A stretch of DNA of 64,000 bases from an uncultured Gammaproteobacteria bacterium (GCA_964465205.1 CAYXJO010000005.1:4552-68551), one strand, 5' to 3'. Counted from the first letter of the stretch, positions 44,482 to 54,927 are shown. A program made the numbers and translations. Notes: generated from the sequence alone by a model not told the origin.

Positions 44482-46686
44482 ATGGCACAATATCTTGGTA
44501 TGATCCGTAAATTGTCTACCGAATTTTTTGGTTTAGCAATATTGGCTATTTTAATATATTTCAACATTGATCGTTGGCACAGTTTTTGGCTGGGCGGATT
44601 TTTGTTTTTGGTTTATTTGTTGGTTTTGGGCACATATTACCGTCGGGTACTGACCAAATTTTTTAATTTTTTGGACAAGACCACCACTGTGTTTGTAGGT
44701 GCGTTTCTTGGTCTGTTTATTTTTGCGGGATTAAGTGGTGTGGGGGTGGTATTTTATCGTTTGGACGCTGCGGTTATTGCTGGTGCGATTTTTATTTCTG
44801 GTGCGTTGGGTAGTGTATCGCACGAATGGGCCGAACGAGCTCGTCGTGCCCACACCGAAGTTTCCGATTTGGATGATAATATAGCCAAAGAACAAATTCC
44901 TAATGTACATTTTGGTGCTTTAGTGTTTTTGGTATTAACAGCTTACGGATTTTATTTATTAGCGCACTCGGTCACTGGTACGGCCATTGATACGCCATGG
45001 TGGGCTATTCATCCGTATTTTTTGTATGTCTTTATAATAGCTACCCTAATTATAGGTGTATTAGTCTTCTCACAATTACGCGCTCGCACCATCTTGTTGT
45101 TGTTAATAATTTATACATTTTTGCTACATTCGTATTTGCCTCTGACACATGAATTGTTTTACGGCGCAGATCAGTGGCGTCATTTGGCGGCTGAGAGCCG
45201 TATTGTGCAAGGGCTCAATCCAGGCACGGTATCTATCGAAAGTGCTGATACGCCATTTTTTCTTTCCAGTACGCCCGGGTCACTTTTCTATAGTCAGTTT
45301 TGGGGGTTATCGGTGGCATTGGGGCAAGTTTTACAAGTGGATTTAATTACGATTGCCAAATGGCTTTTGCCAATTATTTGGTCGATTATATTTCCGTTAT
45401 TAGTTTACAATATAGGTTTACGAATTTTTTTGCATAAAAAATTGGTTTTATTTTTAATCTGGCTAACCGCTTTGCCGTTTGCGCTGACAGTAAGCGGTTC
45501 ACTCACTTTGCCGTCCAATCTAGGGTTTTTGTTTTGGTTGTTGACCATTGTGTTGATATTGTCTCGGTTGAAAGAAAAAAGATATGAACAAATAATTATT
45601 TTATCTATTTTGGGAATTTTTTCTGTTTTTGGATATGGCTTGTATTTGCTTTTATTTATCGGTGCGTGGATATTGGCCGAAATATTGTCTGCTAAATTTT
45701 TTATAAAACATAAAAAATATTTAGCTTGGATGTTAGGAGTGGGTGTGGCAGTAGCTTTGCCAACGGTTGAATTGGTTGTGAAATATAGTGAATGGGGGAG
45801 TAGGTTTGGTTTTTGGGGCGGTATAAAACAATTTTTTGGGAATTTCACCGCGTGGTATTTGGCTACCGGCCCGCGCCCGCACACTATAGACACCGGTAAT
45901 GTGTTTTTTAATCAGGTGCCCGCCGCGGCTTTTGTTGCCAATTTTTTTAATCAGGATTTATGGTGGTTGGTAATATTGGCAAGTACGATACTCCTTATGG
46001 GCTTAGTTGGATTGGTAGTTGCTTTACGCAGTCGTGATAGTCGCCATCAATTTTTTGCGTTTTTGTTTATTGCTTTGTTCGGCGGTTATTTTGTTTGCCG
46101 TTATTTGCTCAGCGGGGCCAATATTATTTCTCGTCGACTAGATGCACCACTCGCGTTTTTGATAATAGTGTTAGTGATGTTAGCTGCCCAAACAATCTGG
46201 TTGAAATATTTTGAAAAGATTCAAAATTGGCAAAGACGCACAGTGCTATTAATTTGTATTGCAGTCTTGTCTATTGGAGTAGGTGTTTCGTATAGTTTGG
46301 GACCGAATTTAAATACCACCTCCACTGATGCCTGGCGAGCTATGAAATATGTGTACGAACAGACTACAATGTATGTAGGCGCTCCGTGCGTTTTGGCCGA
46401 TACCTATCCTTTGTTGGGTTTGGAGTATTTGTCTAGCAAAAAAATAGTGGGTGGGGGGTTCCCAATGGGTGATAATTTCTCTCAAGTTGAACGAGTGAAA
46501 CTGTTTGAGAGTATGAAGTCTGATCCTGCCGCCGATATTTTTGTCCGCGCTCACGGAATCACGGGCGCCAATATTTGTTATTTTGTAGTAGGTAGTAAAG
46601 AAATAAAGTACAACGGTTATACTTATCGCGAGAGTGATGGTTGGAAATTGTTTGGTGATTATATTGTTTGGAAGAATGTTAAATAA
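44482..46686 (+). CDS. Polytopic membrane protein (GT-C-like)
   Basis: Many TMs, YGADQWRH loop. Confidence 0.65.
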   Translation: MAQYLGMIRKLSTEFFGLAILAILIYFNIDRWHSFWLGGFLFLVYLLVLGTYYRRVLTKFFNFLDKTTTVFVGAFLGLFIFAGLSGVGVVFYRLDAAVIAGAIFISGALGSVSHEWAERARRAHTEVSDLDDNIAKEQIPNVHFGALVFLVLTAYGFYLLAHSVTGTAIDTPWWAIHPYFLYVFIIATLIIGVLVFSQLRARTILLLLIIYTFLLHSYLPLTHELFYGADQWRHLAAESRIVQGLNPGTVSIESADTPFFLSSTPGSLFYSQFWGLSVALGQVLQVDLITIAKWLLPIIWSIIFPLLVYNIGLRIFLHKKLVLFLIWLTALPFALTVSGSLTLPSNLGFLFWLLTIVLILSRLKEKRYEQIIILSILGIFSVFGYGLYLLLFIGAWILAEILSAKFFIKHKKYLAWMLGVGVAVALPTVELVVKYSEWGSRFGFWGGIKQFFGNFTAWYLATGPRPHTIDTGNVFFNQVPAAAFVANFFNQDLWWLVILASTILLMGLVGLVVALRSRDSRHQFFAFLFIALFGGYFVCRYLLSGANIISRRLDAPLAFLIIVLVMLAAQTIWLKYFEKIQNWQRRTVLLICIAVLSIGVGVSYSLGPNLNTTSTDAWRAMKYVYEQTTMYVGAPCVLADTYPLLGLEYLSSKKIVGGGFPMGDNFSQVERVKLFESMKSDPAADIFVRAHGITGANICYFVVGSKEIKYNGYTYRESDGWKLFGDYIVWKNVK

Positions 46687-46723
46687 TTAGGTTTAATAAT
46701 TTATTCAAATTAATCAATAATTT

Positions 46724-47125
46724 ATGTCCGATTGTTTATTTTGCAAGATCGTTGCCGGAGAAATTCCGTGCTACAAAGTCTACGAAGATGATTGCGCGCT
46801 TGCGTTTTTGGATATTCACCCGTGTTCTAAAGGGCACACGGTAGTGATCCCCAAGAAACATTTTACGAATATAGAGGCGATGGATATAGAAAATTGGAAA
46901 TATGTCGCGGCGGCAGTGAAAACAGCGGCCGATCGAGTGAACCAGGTGGTAAAATGCGAAGGCATGAATGTTGGTTTAAACAATAACCCAGTAGCTGGCC
47001 AAGCAGTGTTGCATTTACATTGGCATATTATTCCACGTTATTATAATGACGGCGGTGGCAATATGCATTCCATAGTGCGCACTACAGACGCAGGCGACGT
47101 TGGTGCCTTGGCCAAGCAATTTTAG
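46724..47125 (+). CDS. HIT family hydrolase
   Basis: CLFCKI, HLHWHII. Confidence 0.95.
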   Translation: MSDCLFCKIVAGEIPCYKVYEDDCALAFLDIHPCSKGHTVVIPKKHFTNIEAMDIENWKYVAAAVKTAADRVNQVVKCEGMNVGLNNNPVAGQAVLHLHWHIIPRYYNDGGGNMHSIVRTTDAGDVGALAKQF

Positions 47126-47129
47126 TATT

Positions 47130-47690
47130 ATGAATCGTGATCAATTCTACAAAAAACAGAGCAAAGAAATTATTCACGAAAATCCGTGGTGGAAATATGT
47201 TTGTGAAAAATATAAAACCCCAAATGGAGAATTGTGTGATTATTTTTATGGAGAAACTAACGGCAATGTAATGGTGGTGCCGGTTTTGCCGGATGGCCGA
47301 CTAGTGCTGGTTTCACAATATCGTTATTTGAGAGACAAAATGAGTGTGGAGTTGCCCGGTGGTGGTATCAAGCCGGGTGAGTCCACTCGTGCGGCCGCAC
47401 TGCGTGAGCTACAAGAAGAAACCGGCTACCACACCGATGAATTGACCATGATTGGTAATTTTGAGCCGGATATTGGTTTGGTAAAAGACGAAACTCATGT
47501 TTTTTTGGCTTTGAATGTTGAATTAGTTGGCCCGGCTAATCCCGATAATACCGAAATTTTGGAGACTATTTTGCGTCGTCCGGACGAATTTGATGAGATG
47601 ATCAGACGGGGAGAGGTTTGGGATGGGCAAATTTTGGCAGTCTGGGCGCTGGCGCGTGATTATATTAAACAGAGATACGAAATTAGATAG
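47130..47690 (+). CDS. Nudix hydrolase (ADP-ribose pyrophosphatase-like)
   Basis: LPGGG...AALRELQEETG. Confidence 0.93.
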   Translation: MNRDQFYKKQSKEIIHENPWWKYVCEKYKTPNGELCDYFYGETNGNVMVVPVLPDGRLVLVSQYRYLRDKMSVELPGGGIKPGESTRAAALRELQEETGYHTDELTMIGNFEPDIGLVKDETHVFLALNVELVGPANPDNTEILETILRRPDEFDEMIRRGEVWDGQILAVWALARDYIKQRYEIR

Positions 47691-47731
47691 AGTCAGTTAC
47701 AAATTTTATAATTTTGTGCTATAATATCCGC

Positions 47732-49666
47732 ATGCCAGAAAACACTAATTCTAGCGGTACACCCAATCAAATTCTCGGCAATCCCGAGGTGAATTTTTTT
47801 GGCGTCACCAATTATCGTAATCAAAATCGCAAATTTGGTATTAAGCTCGACGACCGTCGCCGGCATGTTTATGTTATCGGAAAAACCGGCATGGGCAAAA
47901 CTACATTGCTCGAAAACATGATCCTCAACGATATTTATGCCGGGCATGGAGTGGGTTATGTGGATCCGCATGGTGACACAGCCGAGAAACTACTCGACTA
48001 TATTCCACCTCATCGTATTAATGATGTGGTGTATTTCAATCCGGCGGACATGGATTATCCGATCGGTTTTAATATTCTAGAAACTATTCGTCCGGAACAG
48101 AAACATTTGGTAGCGTCGGGCCTGATGGGAGTATTTAAGAAAATTTGGCCGGATGTCTGGAGTGCCCGTATGGAATATATTTTGAATAATTCTATTTTGG
48201 CATTGATTGATTTTCCTAATTCCACACTACTCGGTATCAATCGTTTGCTTGCTGATGACGAGTTTCGCGCCCGTGTGGTGGGTAATACCAAGGATCCGGT
48301 GGTAAAAGCTTTTTGGATGAATGAATTTGCCGGTTACAACGATCGTTATAAACAAGAAGCGGTCGCGCCTATCCAGAATAAAATCGGTCAGTTTTTGTCC
48401 GCGTCTATTATCCGCAATATCGTAGCGCAGGTAAAATCCAGTATCGACATCCGCGATATCATGGATCACAAAAAGATTTTTATCATGAATTTGTCCAAGG
48501 GCCGTATTGGTGAAGATAATTCGCGCTTGCTTGGTGGTATGCTTATCACCAAATTACAATTATCGGCAATGGAGCGTGTAGATATTCCCGAAAAAGATCG
48601 CAATGATTTCTTTTTATACGTTGATGAGTTCCAAAACTTTGCCACTGAAAGTTTTTCCAATATATTATCCGAGGCACGCAAATACCGTTTGGGGCTTATT
48701 ATGGCGCATCAGTATATGGAACAGCTGTCTGAAGAAGTACTCGCCGCCGTCATCGGTAACGTCGGTACGATTATTTCATTTCGTGTTGGTTCGACTGATT
48801 CGGAAATTTTGGAAAAAGAATTTGCCCCGGTTTTTATGGCGACGGATATTGTCAATCTGGCCAAATTTCAAATATTTTTAAAACTAATGATTGACGGTGT
48901 GGCTTCACAACCTTTTTCCGCCATGACTTTACCACCCATCGCTCAGCGCACTGCCAGTCTAGACAAAGTAATTCGGGTTTCTCGTGAACGCTATGCGGTG
49001 TCACGCGACAAGATTGAAGACAAGATAGCACGATGGAGCGGCATGACTATTGGTGAAGATGGTAATGGATCGGATGACGAATTTGATGTAGATACCACTA
49101 CAGAAAAAAAGGTGCCAGATACCGTCGGTGCGGTATTGCTACGACCGAAATCAGCATCCGCCCCCGTGCGTAGTGCCGAACCGAATCGTGTGCCAAATAA
49201 AAATTTTTCCAATGATAAAAAATCTTTTGGTGGTAGCATGACCAGTGCCAAACCGAAATCAGAAAATCGGCCACCAGTCAGCGGGGGAGACCGAAGCGGT
49301 CGAGGGACAAATTCTGAGCGTGTGGCACCAAATCGTGATACGCGACCGGTTCGTAAACCAGATAATAATCGCAATAATAAAATTGATAAACCTAATCATG
49401 CCCCCAAGCCCGAAATAAATGTACCGCCTTCCCAAGCGATGCCGATCGAGCTTGTAGATACTACCCAACCCGGTATTAGTTTGATGGCTGCTATGCATAC
49501 CAATCCGCTGGCCAAACCAGAGCCTTCAGAACCAGAGGAAATTCAACCACAGCAACAAGTAATCTCGCCACCGCCAGCCACAGACCCACAACCTACCAAA
49601 CCATCGATTTTACCGTCATCTTCGCCGAGAAATATCAATTCTGGGCAAATTGTAAAATTAGATTAA
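47732..49666 (+). CDS. VirD4/TraD/HerA-like ATPase with disordered C-tail
   Basis: GKTGMGKT, DPHGD, LYVDEFQNF, SEARKY; ATG 6 nt after TGcTATAAT. Confidence 0.88.
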   Translation: MPENTNSSGTPNQILGNPEVNFFGVTNYRNQNRKFGIKLDDRRRHVYVIGKTGMGKTTLLENMILNDIYAGHGVGYVDPHGDTAEKLLDYIPPHRINDVVYFNPADMDYPIGFNILETIRPEQKHLVASGLMGVFKKIWPDVWSARMEYILNNSILALIDFPNSTLLGINRLLADDEFRARVVGNTKDPVVKAFWMNEFAGYNDRYKQEAVAPIQNKIGQFLSASIIRNIVAQVKSSIDIRDIMDHKKIFIMNLSKGRIGEDNSRLLGGMLITKLQLSAMERVDIPEKDRNDFFLYVDEFQNFATESFSNILSEARKYRLGLIMAHQYMEQLSEEVLAAVIGNVGTIISFRVGSTDSEILEKEFAPVFMATDIVNLAKFQIFLKLMIDGVASQPFSAMTLPPIAQRTASLDKVIRVSRERYAVSRDKIEDKIARWSGMTIGEDGNGSDDEFDVDTTTEKKVPDTVGAVLLRPKSASAPVRSAEPNRVPNKNFSNDKKSFGGSMTSAKPKSENRPPVSGGDRSGRGTNSERVAPNRDTRPVRKPDNNRNNKIDKPNHAPKPEINVPPSQAMPIELVDTTQPGISLMAAMHTNPLAKPEPSEPEEIQPQQQVISPPPATDPQPTKPSILPSSSPRNINSGQIVKLD

Positions 49667-49874
49667 TAGGCTAGCCATAGCCAATATTCGTTTTAGGCTT
49701 GACAAAAAGCTATTTTTGTGCTATAATATATCCGAGTGAAAATTACTTTAATTAAGCAATTTTCTCTAAATTGGGTACAAAACCTATAGTTTCAAAAAGA
49801 CGTAAAGTGGAGTCCCCAAGGGTCGTTTAAATAATTTCCTCAAAACACATTTTGAGGGCAAAACAAAAAACGTT

Positions 49875-50201
49875 ATGTCTTTTGGAAACGATAGGCAAAT
49901 GTACGATGTGGATCTTTCCTGCGCCAAATGCGGGTCCCACATTTCTCAATTGCCATTTCAACCGTCTGGAGATCGCCCGGTGTATTGCAACGAATGCAAT
50001 CGCGCCTTCCGCGCTTCTCGTGATGGCGGTGCTTCCCGTGGGGGTTTCTCTCGCGGTCCGCGCGCTCCGAGACAGATGTTCGCCGTGAATTTGACCTGTG
50101 CCGATTGTGGCCAGGCCATCACCGAACTTCCGTTTCAGCCGTCCGGTGACAAGCCGGTGTATTGCAAGGATTGTATCCGCAATCATCGTCCTGCTAGATA
50201 A
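49875..50201 (+). CDS. Tandem CxxC-x17-CxxC zinc-ribbon protein
   Basis: Two CxxCG...LPFQPSGD(R/K)PVYCxxC repeats with an RGG linker. Confidence 0.9.
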   Translation: MSFGNDRQMYDVDLSCAKCGSHISQLPFQPSGDRPVYCNECNRAFRASRDGGASRGGFSRGPRAPRQMFAVNLTCADCGQAITELPFQPSGDKPVYCKDCIRNHRPAR

Positions 50202-50289
50202 TCGAAATGAGTGAGGAAATGAACAAGTTTACTTGTACATTTCTGAGCGAATGAGATTATGTCGCTAGATATAATTCTAGAAAACAATT

Positions 50290-50322
50290 AACCCCGAGCC
50301 GTAAGGCCCGGGGTTTTGTTTT
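50290..50322 (+). terminator. Intrinsic terminator
   Basis: AACCCCGAGCC-gtaa-GGCCCGGGGTT followed by a T tract. Confidence 0.8.
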
Positions 50323-50339
50323 CCAATTTTTGAATAAAA

Positions 50340-50537
50340 AAATAGACCTGACGTCGGCAGTCTATTTTGCGGTGCACCAGCATATAGGTGGTGTCGATAT
50401 GCAAGCCGGAAGGCACGTAGCCGATTTAGTAAAAAATCGGACAAGAACGCGCACAGAGGCTTACAGGGATCAACCCTTTTGTTTGCTGGTGATTGGCAAA
50501 CCGCATGTTTAGATGTCGACGTCAGGCACTCGGGACG
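50340..50537 (-). ncRNA. ssrS: Probable 6S RNA
   Basis: Rod of about 180 nt closed by CCTGACGTCG/CGACGTCAGG with a central bubble; TTGACA-18-TATATT promoter; T tract after. Confidence 0.6.
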
Positions 50538-50620
50538 AGATTAAATATAACAAATTGATAATATTATTGTCAATATATTACCTTGAACTTATCCACAGAT
50601 TGGGTTATAATGTTTTTATT

Positions 50621-51664
50621 ATGCCTAAAAAACAAGCTAAAATTCTCATCGCCATGTCTGGCGGTGTGGACTCATCGGTCGCGGCCGCACTACTCGTGCG
50701 TGCCGGTTTTGATGTTACTGGAATGTATGCGGTAAATTATGATGACCCCACCAGAGATAAAACAAGTTGTTGGCGAGGGGATTATGAAGATGCTTTGCGA
50801 GTGGCGGCTAAATTGGGGATAAAATTATTGCGTTGGAATTTTGTTCGTGAATACGAACGTGATGTATTGGATTATATGTACCACGAGTATGAATCTGGCA
50901 ATACCCCTAATCCCGATGTGCTTTGTAATAAATTTGTGAAATTTGGCGCTTGGATGAAAAAGGCGCAGTCGGAAGGTTTCGATTTTATTGCCACCGGCCA
51001 CTATGCCCAGACTAAAAACGGAAAGTTACTGTGTGCCAAAGATACAGACAAAGATCAAACATATTTTTTACACCAATTATCCAATGAACAATTAAAGTAT
51101 TCAATGTTTCCGATCGGTAAATACACCAAAACCCAAGTACGCGCATTGGCCAAAAAATTTAAATTACCTACTGCCGAAAAAGCCGAGAGTATGGGAATAT
51201 GTTTTGTCGGCGAAGTGCCGATGAAGGAATTTTTGGAGAAAAAAATAAAACCATCTCCAGGGAAAATTATGTTAAACGGCAAGGTGGTGGGGGAACATCG
51301 TGGTCTGCCTTTTTATACAATTGGCGAACGTATTGGCGTGGCCGGGCACAACCAAACTCTACTCTATGTGGTGGATAAGGATTTGTCTCAGAATATTTTG
51401 GTAGTGGGCGAAGAGCATGACCCGGCATTGTATAAAAAAGAAATTTTGGTATCCAATGTAAATTGGATTATAGCGTCCAGCAAATTTCCACTAAGTTGTT
51501 CGGTGCGTCTTCGTCATCGTCAGGCACTGCGTTCGGCAATAGTTTCTCCGGTTGGAAAAGATTTTTTGATAAAATTTAAAAAACCAGAACGCGCTGTCAC
51601 CCCCGGACAGTTCGCGGTATTTTATAAAAATAATATTTGTTTGGGTGGGGGAGCGATTAAATAA
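50621..51664 (+). CDS. mnmA: tRNA 2-thiouridylase
   Basis: AMSGGVDSS, PNPDVLCN, ATGHY, KDQTYFL, TPGQ. Confidence 0.96.
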   Translation: MPKKQAKILIAMSGGVDSSVAAALLVRAGFDVTGMYAVNYDDPTRDKTSCWRGDYEDALRVAAKLGIKLLRWNFVREYERDVLDYMYHEYESGNTPNPDVLCNKFVKFGAWMKKAQSEGFDFIATGHYAQTKNGKLLCAKDTDKDQTYFLHQLSNEQLKYSMFPIGKYTKTQVRALAKKFKLPTAEKAESMGICFVGEVPMKEFLEKKIKPSPGKIMLNGKVVGEHRGLPFYTIGERIGVAGHNQTLLYVVDKDLSQNILVVGEEHDPALYKKEILVSNVNWIIASSKFPLSCSVRLRHRQALRSAIVSPVGKDFLIKFKKPERAVTPGQFAVFYKNNICLGGGAIK

Positions 51665-51667
51665 ATT

Positions 51668-52321
51668 ATGTCCATCGGACAAATGTGTCGTAAAATTTTG
51701 GGCCCAAAATATTTCAAACACGTCGGTAAGATTTATCGACGATTTTTTGTAGATTTGGAAGCGGTGGCCAGTGCTTTGCCTGCGATTCCAGCTGGCGGTC
51801 ATCTGTTGGATGTTGGTGGTGGTGATGGTGAGTTAATTAATCATATTGTCACCAGGTTTCCAAATATTAAAATTACCATGATAGATATCGCACCGAAGAT
51901 TGGTAATTTTATCGACCCTAATTTTAAAAGTAAGGTGACTATTTTGCCGGGCGTGAGTATGGCGGATTATAAAATAAAGTATTTGTCAGAAAACGGTCCG
52001 ATTGATTATATTTTAATTAGCGATGTTTTACACCATGTGATGCCCGCTGACCGAGCAGTGTTTTTTTGTGATTTGGCGGCATTGGTAAATGCAAACACAA
52101 AAATAATTATTAAGGATATTGAACCTGGTTATTTGAAATCCCATTTGTCGTATTGGGCGGATAAATATATTAGTGGCGACAAAACAGTTAGTTTGATCGG
52201 TCGAGATGTGGTGGTGACAAGTTTGCGAAAAATTTTTCCTCAAATTAATTATTACGAAACTGATTTGTTGCAAAAAAATAAACCAAATTACTGTTTGGTT
52301 TTTTCTTCGGGGAAAAAATAG
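51668..52321 (+). CDS. Class I SAM-dependent methyltransferase
   Basis: LLDVGGGDG, DVLHH. Confidence 0.88.
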   Translation: MSIGQMCRKILGPKYFKHVGKIYRRFFVDLEAVASALPAIPAGGHLLDVGGGDGELINHIVTRFPNIKITMIDIAPKIGNFIDPNFKSKVTILPGVSMADYKIKYLSENGPIDYILISDVLHHVMPADRAVFFCDLAALVNANTKIIIKDIEPGYLKSHLSYWADKYISGDKTVSLIGRDVVVTSLRKIFPQINYYETDLLQKNKPNYCLVFSSGKK

Positions 52322-52375
52322 GCGTACCCAAGGTGGGTACGCCATGCTCGATGAAGCGGGGCATCAAGAAGTTGC

Positions 52376-52789
52376 TTACGCCGGGGCCGGGCCGGTTTGG
52401 GCAATGGGGAGGAGGGGAATGTTGTTGATCTGGTGATGCAGGTCGTATTTGGTCTGGTGAAAAACCTCGCCGGTGTCGCAGTCGATATGTCCGACGGCCG
52501 CGAATCCCGGGTATTCAGGTTTGTGCACCAAGCACACCAGCAGCCCGCGCGGTTTTTTTCCCGAGGCCGCCTCTTTGCAAAATTGGTCTTTGGGAATGAC
52601 TGGAAAGCTCGGTTGGGCCGCGATTTCGTGAAACATATCGTCATCAGAGATGATAATAAGTTCACGGGATTTTGAGCCTTCTTGAGCGCGGGCGAAGTCC
52701 ACGATGTCGCCGATGGGCAGCTTTGCGTCCACTGCCAGAATGGGAACGTAAGCACCTTTTTTCTCTTCGGTCGCGATCGGTGCAAGCAT
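52376..52789 (-). CDS. Orphan hypothetical protein
   Basis: SD AGGAGGAGG, TTGACA-17-TATACT promoter, hairpin 52321-52343. Confidence 0.7.
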   Translation of the reverse strand: MLAPIATEEKKGAYVPILAVDAKLPIGDIVDFARAQEGSKSRELIIISDDDMFHEIAAQPSFPVIPKDQFCKEAASGKKPRGLLVCLVHKPEYPGFAAVGHIDCDTGEVFHQTKYDLHHQINNIPLLPIAQTGPAPA

Positions 52790-52945
52790 GGGTTCCTCCT
52801 CCTAAAATCGGTAAAAAGGGCGTGGTTTCTGCCTGTTAAGTTGCCCCCAGTATAGCATATTTTCTTGCATTTGTCAATGTTTTTTGATACAATATTTTAA
52901 GGAGGACAGAAATAATTCTGTTGTTTTTAGTGAATAAGTATTTGT

Positions 52946-54796
52946 ATGATAACTTCTCGTGAACTTCGTCAAAAATATTTAGAATTTTTTGCCAGCAAGG
53001 GTCATAAAATATTACCTTCGGCTTCACTGGTGCCGGAAAATGATCCTACGGCTTTGTTTACTATGGCCGGCATGCATCCGCTCGTGCCGTATTTGCTTGG
53101 TGAGAAGCACCCTGAAGGTACACGTCTGGTCGATGTGCAGAAATGTATTCGTTTGGGAGATATCGACGAAGTGGGCGACAATCGTCATGACACTTTTTTT
53201 GAAATGCTTGGCAACTGGTCGCTTGGTGATTATTTCAAAAAAGAAGCTATTCAATGGAGTTGGGAATTTCTCACCGATACCAAATGGCTCGGACTTGATC
53301 CGCGTAAATTGGCGGTGTCAGTTTTTGAGGGTGACGAAAGTGCTCCGCGCGATGAAGAATCGGCCGATGTCTGGAAAAGTTGTGGCGTACCTACTCACAA
53401 AATCGCGTATTTACCAAAAAATAATAATTGGTGGGGTCCAGCTGGACAAACTGGTCCGTGCGGTCCGGATACTGAAATGTTTTTTTGGAAAGGTGAGACC
53501 GAATTTCCCCCCGAGAGTAATAATCCAGCGACCGACGAAGATAATTGGCTCGAGATTTGGAATGATGTATTCATGCAATACAACAAAACTACCGAAGGTA
53601 AATATGTACCGTTGGTTCAGACCAACGTTGACACGGGTATGGGGCTCGAACGCACCCTTATGACTCTAAATGGCTATGCGGATGTTTTTCAAATTGATAC
53701 TTTTTGGCCATTGATTCAAAAGATCCAAGATATTTCCGGGCATGAATATATCGAAAATACAGAAATCACCAAAGCAATGCGCGTAGTGGCCGACCATGTG
53801 CGCAGTGCCACCATGATCATGGGTGATGATCGCAAAATAGCACCCTCTAATGTTGATCAGGGTTATATTGTCCGCAGGTTGATTCGTCGAGCGGTGCGTT
53901 ATGGACGTAATTTGGGAATCCATGAAAACTTTTGTTCTCAAATTGCCGAAGAAGTGATAAAAATTTTTGCCGACGTCTATCCTGAAGTGGTTCGCAATCG
54001 TGAATTTGTGCTCACTGAGATGGCGAGAGAAGAAAGTAAATTTCGCAATACTTTGGAACAAGGATTTAAAGAATTTGAAAAGTTGCTTGACGGCTTTCGT
54101 AAGGCACTCGAGAAAACCGGCCTGGTGATTAGTGAAATTTCCGGTAAACAAGCGTTTAAATTGTATGATACCTATGGTTTTCCGTTGGAGATGACTGTTG
54201 AGCTCGCTAATGAAAATAGTTTGCGAGTGGATGTGAACGCATTTGACGAAGCCTTCAAAGCTCACCAGGATATGTCTCGCTCCGGTGCCGAAGCCAAGTT
54301 TAAAGGTGGTTTGGCGGATCACGGTGAAATGTCTACCAAGTATCACACAGCGACTCATTTACTGCACGCGGCCCTGCGGGCAGTGCTGGGTACCCATGTG
54401 GAACAGCGCGGCAGCAATATTACCGCCGAACGCCTTCGTTTTGATTTTTCTCATCCCGAAAAAATGACCGATGAACAAAAACAAAAAGTAGAGGCATTGG
54501 TGAACTACGCTATTTCTAAAGATTATCATGTCGATTGCGCTGAAATGACAGTGATCGAAGCCAAGGCCAAAGGGGCGATGGGGTTATTCGAAGATAAATA
54601 TGGCACCAAAATAAAAGTTTACAGTGTTGGCGATCCCATCGAATATCCGTCTGCTCACGAGAACTCACTTACTTTTTCCAAAGAAATTTGCGGTGGTCCG
54701 CATGTGGAACATACCGGTGTCTTGGGAAGATTTAAAATTACCAAAGAAGAAGCAGTTAGCGCCGGAGTACGGCGTATTAAAGCAATATTGGAATAA
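52946..54796 (+). CDS. alaS: Alanine--tRNA ligase (short form, no C-Ala domain)
   Basis: FEMLGNWS, DTGMGLER, HTATHLL, CGGPHV, AGVRRIKA. Confidence 0.96.
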   Translation: MITSRELRQKYLEFFASKGHKILPSASLVPENDPTALFTMAGMHPLVPYLLGEKHPEGTRLVDVQKCIRLGDIDEVGDNRHDTFFEMLGNWSLGDYFKKEAIQWSWEFLTDTKWLGLDPRKLAVSVFEGDESAPRDEESADVWKSCGVPTHKIAYLPKNNNWWGPAGQTGPCGPDTEMFFWKGETEFPPESNNPATDEDNWLEIWNDVFMQYNKTTEGKYVPLVQTNVDTGMGLERTLMTLNGYADVFQIDTFWPLIQKIQDISGHEYIENTEITKAMRVVADHVRSATMIMGDDRKIAPSNVDQGYIVRRLIRRAVRYGRNLGIHENFCSQIAEEVIKIFADVYPEVVRNREFVLTEMAREESKFRNTLEQGFKEFEKLLDGFRKALEKTGLVISEISGKQAFKLYDTYGFPLEMTVELANENSLRVDVNAFDEAFKAHQDMSRSGAEAKFKGGLADHGEMSTKYHTATHLLHAALRAVLGTHVEQRGSNITAERLRFDFSHPEKMTDEQKQKVEALVNYAISKDYHVDCAEMTVIEAKAKGAMGLFEDKYGTKIKVYSVGDPIEYPSAHENSLTFSKEICGGPHVEHTGVLGRFKITKEEAVSAGVRRIKAILE

Positions 54797-54927
54797 TATT
54801 TACGCCTAACAGTATTAATTTTCTTGCGGCCAGACTTGCGCCGGATTGTCGGCGCTACGCCCCGCGCGGCGGGGTGCGATGGCCGCTGGCCAAAATCAAT
54901 ACATGTTAGGCTACAAGTTAATTATTT

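Noticed and set aside
31950-50597. Replication origin
   Set aside because: The perfect DnaA boxes are single and dispersed, with no dense cluster or dnaA/dnaN in the window
50330-50620. 60-aa ORF and N-terminal extension of MnmA
   Set aside because: They overlap the 6S-like RNA and promoters; MnmA homology starts at 50621
53666-54358. 230-aa minus-strand ORF
   Set aside because: Antisense to alaS
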